Part shown: in pieces, positions 51,794 to 64,000 of the stretch | Layout: the number at the start of each line of letters is the position of its first letter | How positions within the stretch are numbered: position 1 is the first letter of the stretch | Notes under the pieces: generated by a model | What the model was told of the DNA's origin: nothing | The model's database searches: none | The model's input: only the letters and a program-made list of their open reading frames with translations | Made by a program: the position numbers and the translations under genes | Origin: Chiloscyllium plagiosum | Lineage: Eukaryota | Reading direction: 5' to 3' | Length of the DNA stretch: 64,000 bases | NCBI RefSeq assembly: GCF_004010195.1 | Contig: NC_057719.1 | Span: 95,389,184-95,453,183, forward strand

Positions 51794-53300
51794 GCAGTAA
51801 CTGTACAGAGTTAAAAAAAATCACACAACACCAGGTCCAACAACAGCACCTCCAAGTCATAACTGTACAGAGGTCAGTATCCTGTCACAATTCACTCTTT
51901 ATTTACTCGGACACAGTACACATATTGTGGTCAGTCAGCTCAGAGTCAGTCCTCCTGAGGAGATTCTAATCTCCTGGTTATACAGTTTTTTTAAGGCCAG
52001 GCTACAGCAGCTGCAGTGGTGACAGTGGTGGTTGCTGGTATAGCTGAGTATAGCCCAAACAAAACAGACAGAAAACACAAAAACGGAAAGCAATGCCTCC
52101 CAATAAAGGGAACTTTTCCCCACAGTACACTGGCTGTGACTAGCCAGCTCAGAGTCAGTCTTCCACTGAGGAGATTCCAATCTCTTAATAATATTTTTAT
52201 CTTTTTTCTTGTTTTTTTTTCTTTTTTTTTCTCTGAACTGAAGAGATTCTAAATCCCCTGTTTTATTTATTTTTCTCTTGAACTGAGGAGATTCTAATCT
52301 CCTGGTTATTTGTTTTTGAAGAGCAGCTCACTTAGCTCCTAATGTTTTGTTTTGTTCTTATTTTTCCCCAGCACCCATCTGGTGTGTGCACAGGGGTATG
52401 ACACAGTGAAGAACAACAAGTACTTAAATCTTTATTTATATCCCACCACCAGGAAAAAAAGGAAACACCCGAGTGGCCAGTGACTAACATAGAAAAACAT
52501 AGAAACATAGAAAAATACAGCGCAGTACAGGCCCTTTGGCCCTCGATGTTGCGCCGATCCAAGCCCACCTAACCTACACTAGCCCACTATCCTCCATTTG
52601 CCTATCCAATGCCCGTTTAAATGCCCATAATGAGGGAGAGTCCACCACTTGTGGGCGGCACGGTGGCACAGTGGTTAGCACTGCTGTCTCACAACGCCAG
52701 AGACCCGGGTTCAATTCCCACCTCAGGTGACTGACTGTGTGGAGTTTGCACGTTCTCCCCGTGTCTGCGTGGGTTTCTTCCGGGTGCTCCGGTTTCCTCC
52801 CACAAGAACTTACCCCTAACTTCAGTCCTATATCTACCCCCCCTTACTTTAAAGCTATGCCCCCTTGTAATAGCTGACTCCATACGTGGAAAATGATTCT
52901 CACTGTCGACCCTATCTAAACCCCTAATCATTTTGTACACCTCTATCAAGTCACCCCTAAATCTTCTTTTCTCTAGTGAAAACAGCCCCAAGTGCCTCAG
53001 TCTTTCCTCATACGATTTTCCTTCCATACCAGGCAACATCCTGGTAAACCTCCTCTGCACCCGTTCCAGTGCCTCCACATCCTTCCTATAGTATGGCGAC
53101 CAAAACTGCACACAATACTCCAGATGCGGCCGCACCAGAGTCTTGTACAACTGCAACATAACAGTGCCCTTCTCTCTTATTTTTCTTTTGTGACCAGCCA
53201 AGGCTTTCCAGGTTAACGACCCCAACCGAGAATCTTGTACCCCAAGGTTCCCAATGAGGTTCACCTGGTGCCAAACACTACACTTCCCAAAAAGACAAGA
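51794..53300 (-). mobile_element. LTR-like element with internal short direct repeats, itself carrying CR1 and SINE insertions
   Basis: Minus-strand GTAAATAAAGAGTGAATTGTGACAGG end; repeated CAGCTCAGAGTCAGTC (twice) and CTGAGGAGATTCTAATCTC-like (four times) blocks at 51915-52310. Confidence 0.45.
52487..53160 (-). mobile_element. Young 5'-truncated CR1 containing an opposite-orientation SINE 5' half (52653-52803)
   Basis: [40 protein letters not shown] tail repeats. Confidence 0.9.
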
Positions 53301-54189
53301 GCGAACCAGATGGGTTTTTCCTGACAATCAACAACAGATTCACAGTCATCTTAAAACTCTTAATTCTAGATTTTTAAAAATTGTATCCAAAGTCCGCCAT
53401 TTGCTGTGGCAAGATTTGAACCCGAGACCCTAGCACATTACCTGGGTGTCAGGATTAACAGTCCAGCAATAAAACCATTAGGTCTTTGCCTTCCTCACTT
53501 GCTTATATTGAACTCAATTGGCCACTAGTCATTCCTAATTGTTGGTAATGAATCTCCCAAAGTATCTCAGGTGGATCTGGTGGCTCTGACCACAAAATTT
53601 ACCAAATATCATTGAAGCTCAGGCTTAGAAAGAGACCTGATTGTCAATGTATTGGCATATATTAAGCGACAAAACGTCCACAGCAAGACATCAGATGAGG
53701 CTCAGATTAGTTGTGAATATGAAATCACATATGCTGAATTATCAACCAGCCATATATCCTTGATTACTGACAATGAACAGCTGTTTGTGGAGGTTCTGGA
53801 AGATTGACTGCAGCTACCAGCCAGTATCTGATAGGAGCCACAGGGACAGGAATCTCCCCAGACCCTGACACCATGGGCCATGGCAAGAAAGTTGGGAAAA
53901 TTATATGAAAAAGCCAGTGAAGACTTCTTGACATTGAGAGCACAAAGTTCCATTTCTGACCCGATGTCTAACACCAAGAAGGGATTCCTGTAAGTAAGCA
54001 ATGAGACCTACCCAATAGCAATTCCCGGCATTAAAATTAAAGCATTTACCTGCTTATTCCAGCCCGTTGTTTTTCATTCCCAGCTTCCATCATGGGTGCA
54101 CACTGTGCATGGCAGTGAGAGCACAGACCACCCATCCACAGACCTTACCTTCTGACGTGTACCAGCCTTCCAGCAACATCATGACATAT

Positions 54190-54420
54190 CTCAGAGGGTT
54201 GTGAATCTTTGGACCTTCTTGCCACAGATAGCATGTGGAGGCAGAGTCCTTGTTATACCTCAGGGTGAGATAGATTCTTGATCAGTTGGGGAATCAATGG
54301 TTATGGGAAAAGGGCAGGAAAATGGACATGAGGAATGTCGGATCAGCCATAAACCTGTTGAATAGCACAGCAGGCTCAATGGGCCAAATGGCCTCCTCCT
54401 GTTCTTATTATCTGTGACCT
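54190..54420 (+). mobile_element. CR1 3' fragment
   Basis: CTCAGAGGGTTGTGAATCTTTGG..GGGCCAAATGGCCTCCTCCTG. Confidence 0.75.
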
Positions 54421-56394
54421 TACCACAAATCCAGTCACAATATGGTTCTGTATTGCATCGTTGTACCCTTGGGGTGCACCAGCACCTTTCAGCGGAATGC
54501 TGCTACCAGGATATTATATGTTAAGAGACAGATGCTCATCATTGGACCAGGGTATAGCTCAGGGCTGCTTGTTCACTCTCTTCGTGTTCACTTACTTTGT
54601 GACCACTTGGACTCATGCAGATACCCGAGATTGCCTTTTGGCACTTTGCCAACTCAGCCAGGACTCACAGGCTACAGTCATGCCTTGTTTTTCAAAGCAG
54701 ATATAAGCCACACAGCTTGTCATGTTTATCAGCAATGAACAGTTACAGGGGATAGACATGTTACTGTCAATCTCATGCCTACACCATGGGCCAGCCGTTT
54801 ATGTGCAAACTCTCCTTGTGCATCAACCAACCAGCCATGTCTCTGTGTCTAAGGGAGTGGTCCTCGGTCAAGACAGTCAGGGTGTCTTGGTGCAGTTAAT
54901 CATTGGTATTGTCCAATCTCAGTCCAGGGGTTTAGACACATTCAGCCAACCAATTCGGCAGCCGCAGTTAGAGGATTAGAATCACTACAGTCCAGGGAGG
55001 GGCCGTGGTCAGTCCTTTAGGACCAGTACAAACAGTCAGCCAGGTCAGGGTGGATCAGGTTTGAATCTATACACAGATCGTTCAATGGGTCTGCTCAGTC
55101 ATCAGTCAGATCAATCCATCTACATTGGTCGGGAGTTTAAGGGACGGTTGGTCCTAAGGGTTATCTGCATGAAAGTCAAAGGGGGAATGGGAGTCATAAG
55201 AGTGCGCTGTTCTGGCGCGGGGGTGGTTGTGACCATTAATGCTGGGGATTAGAGGACACAAGCTGGAGTGTAGAAGGTCAAGTAAAAAGAAGGAGACAAG
55301 TTGGGCACATTAAGTGGAAGAGACATTAATCTTGGGAGGATATATGACACTATCAGAGGGGTCACCACAACAGTGTTCTTGATGGTGGAGTTGGGGTTGG
55401 GAGGCACAGTGCAACATAACAGTTCGCAAGACTAAAGCTTGGGGCTGGAGCTCAGGGATTAAAGTGAAGGGAGGGGCTGCAATCCAACTTTCAGCGTCTG
55501 TGTCCGAGCCTGTGGAGGAACCATGCTGCTGGGCTGGTCAGGGAGTGCCAGGAACAAAGGCACATTGTGGTTTAGGGAGGAGGCTAGGATTACAAAAGTA
55601 AAGTTGAAAATCATTGAGTTCACCTTTTCCTGTCATATTCAATCACCTCAGAACCATGTACTGTAAACAGAGAATAGCTGCAACCAAGTATGGAGTGGGT
55701 AGAGTTACAGTTTTTCTGTCTGTGTGGGCTTTACTAACGAGTGATGTGAAGCATTATAAGAAGCAGTTGCATGAATTAGGTACTTACAGAGTGCCTAGCT
55801 GAAATTATTTGTAATTACAGCATTGCGCAGTGTCGAACAGTGTGAGATACAAATTCTGGTCTGAAGCAATCTTGAACATTGTAACCTTGCAGATTCAAGA
55901 CAGTGAAAACATCAACTTTCAAAGTGGTACAATACGCAATGATGCTGTAAGCTTGGTCAGTCAGGCTGAACAGGGCAATGGAAATGATTCCTCCTCACTT
56001 ATTCATTGACATGCCCTTCTACACAATGGGTGTTGTGGGGCTGGGAGAACATGAGCCTAGTAGCTCATACAAACTCGAGCAGTTTCTTCCCCTGTGATAA
56101 CTGATGCATTCATTGGAATAAAATCATCTATCAAAATGCCATGTGTAAACTTTGTTGAGTGCTCTCTGTTCCATTGTGTGGAGCAATATGCAAGGTGAGT
56201 GATGTCAATATTGACAGCTCACCATCTAAGCATTTGTTGCTCTGTTTTGTATGTATCCTCACATGTTCATTGTGAGGTGACTGATGGAGGGGTTATTGTT
56301 GCTGCTGATTTGGTTTAAACTTCCAACAAGCAATACCTGACATCTGGAACCCTGTGAAAAGGTCCCAAGCTCAGTTAAAGTCAGGGATTTATTT

Positions 56395-56735
56395 TTTAAA
56401 TTCATTCACAGGAGGGGGGTGCCGCTGGCTGGACCAGCATTTATTGCCCATTCCTATTTGCCCAGAGGTCAGTTAAGAATCAACCACATTGCTGTGGGTC
56501 TGGAGTCAATGTGGTTCAGACCAGGTAAGGATGGCAGTTTCCTTCTTTAAAGATATCAATGGAACAGATGGGGTTTTTTTCCCAGCAATCAATAATGGTT
56601 TCATGGTCACGATTAAACTCTTAATTCCAGATTCTTTTAATTTCCAATCCTACCATGTGCTGTGACAGAAATTCAACCCAGATCCCCAGCACATTAACCG
56701 GGTCTCTGGATAAATAGTCAAAAAATATTATCACG
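56395..56735 (-). mobile_element. tRNA-derived SINE of the second family
   Basis: Same body as the split copy at 51641/53305; 3' tail similar to the end of the LINE at 38705. Confidence 0.7.
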
Positions 56736-58141
56736 AACAAAGATACCATTTGCAGAGTGCTGACTCACTACATGAATGGCTAGCTAGGATAAGTCAGAGG
56801 AACGAAAACCCTGTTTTAATTCCTAATTGAAGCATAATCCTGCAAGCCCGTATTCTGCTCTGAAGCTGTGCAGTCACTCTCACAGAGCCCACATTCACTC
56901 ACACTGGCAACACCAACTCTCTCCCCATGGATAGCCAGTCAGAAAATCCTTGTTCCTCAACTGACAACCACTCTCTCAAAGGCACAGCTAATCCCCCAAC
57001 ATGCACAACAGACTGGACCTTCATCTCCAAATGACAGACCCCTCCCCACTGCTTGGGCAACAAACACCACTCCCCAAACACTTGACTCCCTCTGAACAGA
57101 CACCACTCCTCTGATACCTGGCATAGTCTCCCTCTCAACCAGTTACCTGCCACCTGTACCCCTTCACACATCTTCTACCCTGCCCGGTCTCACACCTTCC
57201 ACACCTAACTTTTCTCAGTCACTGTCAAAGTGACTTTGGGATCCTTAAACTATACTTACTAACTGGAATGCCTCAGTTATTGCCATAAAACAGGGTGTGA
57301 TAAAGGCCACAAACTGCTCTCCACTCTGATACAGTCTAAGGATTTTGCTGAACTACTTGTGATGTGACTTCTAATGTGTTGAAGGTCTGGCTGGAGACAT
57401 CCTGGGTAACCTGCATATTCTGATTTTTTTTAAAAACTTCTGTGATGCCTCCAGGAGTGGTGGGAATTGAATTCCTGCATGGTACCCCAGTGAGTAACAA
57501 TCAAGATAACTGAGACACAGGGGTTATTATTGTAAAACATTTCTTAGAAGCTACGGGACTAACAAACAACAGAAGTAGAACAAAGCCGAGGAATTCTAGA
57601 CCAGGGTGAATGGAAAATATTGTTTCCACTGGTGGGTGAATATAAATTTAGGGGTCACATATACAAGTCGCTTATTCATAAAAAGAATAGGAAATAAGGC
57701 AGATTTGATTTACTTAGAGAATGTACTATCATAGGTACTGGGTCAAGCCAAATAGTCCAGAAGCTTTCAAAATGAATAATCTTACCACAAAACCCAATCA
57801 AAAGGTCTATGTAATAACCAGTTATAACATAATAATTATGTAAAACAGTAAGGAATCATTGTCACCAATAATTGTAAAGTCCACCAAGTCAGATACTCCT
57901 TAATTGTCACTGAATGTCAGAAGCTCATTGACTAGTTCAGGGAATTATGTTGTCACTATTATTTGCTATGACAACTGTGTGGTTCATTTTAGTTTCTCTT
58001 TGAATCAAAAAAACATTATTAGCATGATTAATCTGAATCCCATTTTACAGTGTTCCTAGTTTCTAAATAAGCTTATTGGAAAGAACATTGTAAACAAACA
58101 AAAGGGTAGGTATCACATATAATTTCAAAGTAACAATAACT

Positions 58142-58240
58142 GGGAGAAAGTGAGGATTGTAGATGCTGGAGGGTTAGGGTCGAAAAGTGTGGTGTTGGAA
58201 AAGCACAGCCAGTCAGGCAGCATCCAAGGAGCAGGAGAGT
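58142..58240 (-). mobile_element. PLE terminal fragment
   Basis: GGAGAAAGTGAGGATTGTAGATGCTGGAG..GGCAGCATCCAAGGAGCAGGAG. Confidence 0.75.
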
Positions 58241-58614
58241 TGAAGCATTGTTTCCACAGTTGAATGTTTGTGAAATTGCATTCCATGTTTGCATCAAGAA
58301 GTATATTAAATAACATGAGGACATCAGAACATTACCAGTGATGGGTAACGCCACAATATTTCATACTGTCCGATAAAAAGGATATTTGTCATTGAGTGTG
58401 GGACCATGTGTTTGCATATTGCAGCTCTGTGCAAGCTGAGAGATGTGGGTGTGGGGCTGGTAACAGTTGCTAAGTGACCATGGGTGAGGTGAAGCACATG
58501 AGCATATAAATAAATGGTGAAGCACAAGGATTGATGAATGTTAGATATGAGTCCTGATTCATAAAGCATGTTGCTAGCTGGCTGAGACATGTATGGTGAA
58601 CTTAGGAACATAAA

Positions 58615-58910
58615 ATTAGATTCGATTCCCTACAATATAGAAACAGGCCCTTCAGCCCAACAAGTCCAAACCGACCCTCAGGAGAGTAACCCACCCAGAC
58701 CCATTCCCCTACTCTATATTTACCCCTGATGTGGCAATTTAACATGGCCAATTCACCTGACCTGCACAACTTTGGACTGTGTGAGGAAACCCACGCAGAC
58801 AGGGGGAGAATGTGCAAACTCCACACGGAGAGTCATCCAAGGGGGGAATCAAACCCAGGTCCCTGATACTGTGAGGCAACAGTGCTAACCACTGAGCCAC
58901 CATGCCACCC
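58615..58910 (-). mobile_element. HE1-type V-SINE inserted in a CR1 tail
   Basis: Head, V domain and tail are recognisable. Confidence 0.87.
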
Positions 58911-60335
58911 CGAGAGCTAGGAGCAGGACTTGGCCATCTGGCCCTTCGAGCCTGCTCTGCTATTCAATAAGATCATGGCTGATCTTTCCATGGTCTCAGC
59001 TCCACTTACCCGCCCAGTCACTGTAAACCTTAATTCCTTTACTGTTCAAAAAGTTATCTGTCTTAGCTTTGAAAGTACTTGCTGAGGAAGCCTCAACTAT
59101 TTAACTGGGCAGGAAATTCCATAGATTCACAACCCTCTGGGTGAAGACGTTCCTTCTCAGTTCAGTCCTAAATCTGCTCCCTCTAATCTTGAGGCTATAC
59201 CCTCTTGTCCTATTTACACCCGCCAGTGGAACCATCCTCTCTACTTCTATCCTATCTATTCCCTTCATCATTTTATATGTTTCTATAAGATCCCCCTCAT
59301 TCTTCTGAATCCAATGAATATAATCTCAGTCTACTCAGTTTCTCGTCATAAGCTAACCCCTCAACTCCGGAATCAACCCAGTGAGCCTCCTGTGCACCCC
59401 CTCTAGTGCCAGTACATCCTTTCTCAAGTGAGGAGACCAAAACTGCACACAGTACTCCAGGTGTGGCCTGGAGCTGCAACATAACCTCCCTGCTTTTAAA
59501 CTCAATCCCTTTCGCAATGAAGGACAAAATTCCATTTGCCTTCCTAATTACCTGTTGTACCTGCAGACCAACCCTCTGTGATTCATTGACAAGGACACCC
59601 AGGTCCCTCTGCAAAGTGGCATGCTATAATTTCTTACCATTCAAATAATAGTCCTTTTTACTGTTATTCCCACCAAAATGGATGACTTCACATTTGTTAA
59701 CATTGTACTCCATCTGCCAGACTTTGCCCACTCATTTAAACTATCTATGTCCCTTTGCAAAGTTTCACAGTCCTCTGCACACTTTGCTCTACCACTCATC
59801 TTTGTGTCATCCACAAACTTTGACAAACTACACATGGTCCCCAAATCCAAATCATCGATGTAAATTGTGAATAATTGTGGTCCCAACACTGACCCCTGAG
59901 GCACATTAATAGTCACTGATTGCAAACCAGAATAGCACTCATTTATCTCCACACTTTGTTTCCTGTTGGGTAACCAATCCTCTATCCATGCTAATACAAT
60001 GCCTGTAACACCATGCATCTTTATCTTATGCAGCGGCCTTGTGTGCGTCACCTTGTTGAAGCCTTTTTGAAATCTAGATACGCCACATCCACTGGGTCCC
60101 CATTATCTCCACATCATAGAATTCCAGTAAATTAGTTAAGCATGACCTGCCCTTCATGAAACCATGCTGTGTCTGCCCAATGGGACAATTTCTATCTAGA
60201 TGTCTTGCTATTTCTTTCTTGATAATAGATTGAAGCATACTCCACATTGCAAAAGTTAAGCTAACCGGTCTATAATTCCCCATCTTTTGTCTACCTCTCT
60301 TTTTAAACAGTGACATCACATTTGCTGTTTTCCAA
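58911..60335 (-). mobile_element. 5'-truncated CR1 LINE (RT)
   Basis: [41 protein letters not shown] and [13 protein letters not shown] motifs. Confidence 0.92.
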
Positions 60336-61455
60336 GTGAGCACAGTCTGAGATTAATAATGCAGATGGAAGGATGTGACACAGATCATCACCAAGTTCAG
60401 ACCCTCAGGTTTGTTGACCTGAAACATTTCTTTCTTCACAGTGGCTGCCAGACTTGCCGGATATTTCTGGAAGGTTCTGTTTTTGTTTTGTTCAGATTTC
60501 CAATATTTCCAGCATCCACAATATTTTTGGCTTTCTTTGACTGAATTGTCCAGCTTTTTCAGTCGGAGTTTCACATTTCTCCCTTTCAAATATTTTTGTT
60601 GAATTTGATCAAATTATGTTTATTTATATCAAGTACATATATTCAGGAGGCGGCCGTGAATTAAATCAGATCCATCTCTCAAAACTGAATCATATCTGGG
60701 ACATCCCTTATCTGTCTCTAGGATGTGGTGAGCTGGATTTCCCAGCAACAATCAGACCCCGATGACTGAACCACATGTAGATCCCGATCTTGATCCGGGT
60801 CTGAATCCCACCCACACCCAGCACTCCCACACTATCTCCCGAGAACGGGGCAATTAACTGCCTCCTTCAGGATCCCCCTCTAATCAGGGATAGCCATTTG
60901 ATTGTGTAACAGATGTCACATTGACAGCTCACCAAGAAATATTCTGCTTACCAATGGACCAATCGGATTTTGTCAAAATGGGAAGTTCATTTCAAATTGT
61001 TCACTGTCAGTGTGGCCACCGCTGCCAGGACAATATTGACGTGGGGTTACTTGATGATTCCCCTCAGCATGATACTTGGACAAAATCTGTAGAAATTTGG
61101 TCAGCTCCACATCTGATGAAGGGAAGATTTAAATTGTGGCAAAGATCCTGTCTCCAGCAGTAAATGGCCCTTCAATTGAGGCAATTGCTGTCCACTTTGT
61201 TGGAGCAAGCTGACAACTTTCTTCCTTGCCCACCCCCACCTTCACCTCCCCCCCACAATCTTTCCACCAGCACCCTGCCCCTCCCCTTCTTCCTGGTATG
61301 GTTTCAACATGGCTCTTGACTCCTGTTTCCACTGTCTATCTGTAGCCACAATCTAAACTGCTACTTCTATGCTTCTGAAAGTGTTGCCCTTCAGATGTGA
61401 CCTTAAACCAATGCCCCATCAATGTCCTCAAATGAAAGAGCTTGATGCTTTGACA

Positions 61456-61771
61456 CAGTGGCTCAGTGGTTAGCACTGCTGCCTCACAGCACCAGGGTCC
61501 CAGGTTCAATTCTAGCCTCGGATGACTCTCTGTGTGGAGTTTGCACATTCTCCCCGTGTCTGTGTGATTTTCCCCCGGGTGCTCCGGTTTCCTCCCACAG
61601 TCCAAACATGTGCAGGTCAGATGAATTGGCCATGCTAAATTGTCCATAGTGTTAGGTGCATTAGTCAGAAGGGAATGGATCTGGGTGGATTACCCTTTGG
61701 AGGGTCGGTGTGGAGCAGAACAGATAGATAACATGGTTACTGTTTCCACACTGTAGGGAATCTAATCTAAT
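61456..61771 (+). mobile_element. HE1-type V-SINE
   Basis: Head, V domain and (AATCT)n tail. Confidence 0.88.
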
Positions 61772-62309
61772 CGAATTTTTCAGTGAAAAGCGAGGGTGTT
61801 GTAGCCAACAGCGTTATTAAGGTAGATTACCTGGTTCTTTATCTCACTGCGCTTTGTTGTGTTCAAATTTGCTAACAGTTTTTTCAACAGTGCAACAATG
61901 ACTGTATTTCAAAAATATTACACTTGCATGTAAAACAATTTGAGATATCCTGAAATTTTGAAATTGGAATATAGAGATGAGTTCCTCCTTGCTTGTAATG
62001 GGTGGCCTGAACTTCTGTACAGCACACTAACCGTTTTTCTATAAATGTAAAATTACAAAAGTACAAACTTGTAACATTACAAAATCTCAACAGATTCTCT
62101 AAAACACAAAATACATGAAAAGCATTGTGTATGGCCCATCGTCTTGTGTATGATCATCTTGTGATATATTTAAGAGGTTCATTGGGGAAAGACTTGGTAG
62201 AGCAGGAGGCTGTTCTTGTGCGTGAGGTTATGATGGAGGGTACAACACTGAAACACTCAGTGTAAGAGAGTAACAAAAGCAATAGGGTTTGAAGGAGCAG
62301 TTTGCGCCA

Positions 62310-64000
62310 CGTATGTTATAACAGCAGTACATGATTCAGACAGTGTTACAATCCGTGCCAAACACTGTTCCATTACGTGTCAGACAGTGTTACAGTACGT
62401 GCGTCAGACAGTGCTATGGTACGTGTCAGACAGTGTTACTGTACGTGTCAGACAGTGTTACAGTACATGCGTCGGAAAGTGTTACAGTATGTGTCAAACA
62501 CTGTTACAGAACATGTCAGACAGTGTTACAGTACGTGCTAGACAGTGTTACAGTACATGCATCAGGCAGTGTTACAATCCGTGACAAACACTGTTCCATT
62601 ACGTGTCAGACAGTGTTACAGTACGTGTCAGACAGTGTTACAGTACATGCGTCAGACAGTGTTAGAGTACATGCGTCAGACAGTGTTACAGTACGTGTCA
62701 GACAGTGTCACAGGACATGTCAGACAGTGTTACAGTACATGAGTCAGGCAGAGTTACAGTACGTGCGTCAGGCAGTGGTACTGTACTTTTTAGACAGTGT
62801 TACAGTACATGCGTCAGGCAGTGTTACAGTATGTGTCAGACAGTGTTACAGTACATGCATCAGGCAGTGTTACAGTACATGCATCAGACAGTGTTACAGT
62901 ATGTGTCAAACACTGTTACAGAACGTGTCAGACTGTGTTATAATGCATCAGGCATTGTTACAGTACATGTCAGACAGTGTTACGGTTCGTGCTAGAGCGT
63001 GTTACAGTACATGCGTCAGACAGTGTTACAGTACGTGTCAGACAGTGTTACAGTACATGTGTCAGACAATGTTAGAATACATGCGTCAGACAATGTTACA
63101 GTACGTGTCAGACAGTGTCACAGGACATGTCAGACAGTATTACAGTACATGAGTCAGGCAGTGTTACAGTACGTGTCAAACACTGTTTCAGTACGTGTCA
63201 GACAGTGTTACAGTACATGTGTCAGGCAGTTTTACAGTACGTGCATCAGACAATGTTACAGTACGTGTCAGAGAGTGTTACAGTACATGCGTCAGACAGT
63301 GTTACAGTATGTGTCAAACACTGTTACAGGACGTGTCAGACAGTGTTACAGTACACGTGTCAGGCAGTGTTACAGTACGTGGGTCAGACAGTGTTACAGT
63401 ACGTGTCAGACAGAAATACAGTACATGCATCAGGCAGTGTGTCTGGCTGTGTTACAGTGTCTGGCTGTGTTACAGTACATGTCAAACACTGTTACAGTAC
63501 GTGTCAAACACTGTTACAGGATGTGTCAGACAGTGTTACAGTACGTGCATCAGGTAGTGCTACAGTACGTTTCAGACACTGATACATTACATGCGTCAGG
63601 CAGTGTTACACTACGAGTCAGACAGTGTTACAGTACATGTCAGACACTGTTACTGTACGTGTCAGACGAGTTACAGTACATGTCAGACAGTGTTACAGTA
63701 CTTGTGTCTGGCAGTGTTACAATACATACGTCAGACAGTGTTACAGTACATGTCAGACAGTGTTACAGTACATGCGTCATACAGTGTTAAAGTACGTGTC
63801 AGACAGTGTTACAGTACATGCGTCAAGCAATGTTACAGTATGTGTCAGACAGTATTACAGTACATGCATCAGGCAGTGTTACAGTACATGCGTCAGGCAG
63901 TGTTACAGTATGTGTCAGACAGTGTTACAGTACATGCGTCAGACAGTGTTACAGTACATGTCAGACAGTGTTACAGTACGTGTCAGACAGTGTTACAGTA
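62310..64000. repeat. 22/24-bp minisatellite, running off the window end
   Basis: Units GTCAGACAGTGTTACAGTACGT (22 bp) and GCGTCAGACAGTGTTACAGTACAT (24 bp), with variants. Confidence 0.97.

Larger units (their letters stand above)
51641..53495 (-). mobile_element. tRNA-derived SINE of a second family, split into 51641-51793 and about 53305-53495 by an LTR-like insertion
   Basis: The two halves align colinearly with the unsplit copy at 56395-56735; B-box-like GGGTTCAAATC on the minus strand. Confidence 0.7.

Noticed and set aside
53834..53989. Candidate plus-strand exon ending at a gtaagt donor
   Set aside because: Weak acceptor, no partner exon and no recognisable product.
62331..63790. 260-270 aa Cys-rich ORFs
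   Set aside because: Translations of the 22/24-bp satellite.

Overview
Repeat-dense vertebrate genomic DNA, most likely from a cartilaginous fish (shark), judged from HE1/V-SINE-type SINEs, a DeuSINE remnant and CR1 LINEs with (TTCTATG)n tails. I found no confidently identifiable host gene. The window holds layers of nested retroelements: a Ty3/Gypsy pol relic spread over about 7.4-17 kb, many CR1 copies (one nearly full length with an SGNH-esterase ORF1), three SINE families, LTR-like pieces, two minisatellites and a GA tract. The most striking system is a family of Penelope-like elements (PLEs). It includes one copy with an RT-end/GIY-YIG ORF and about 15 short derivatives, many of them palindromic and flanked by 13-17 bp target-site duplications (TSDs). 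Their termini carry a minimal hammerhead-ribozyme motif (CUGANGA-A-stem II-GAAAC-GUC). One 1.7-kb insertion has three tandem hammerhead units (236 and 224 nt spacing, retrozyme-like) and encloses unrelated older DNA. All calls are by eye, with no database search or folding program; boundaries of degraded repeats are approximate.
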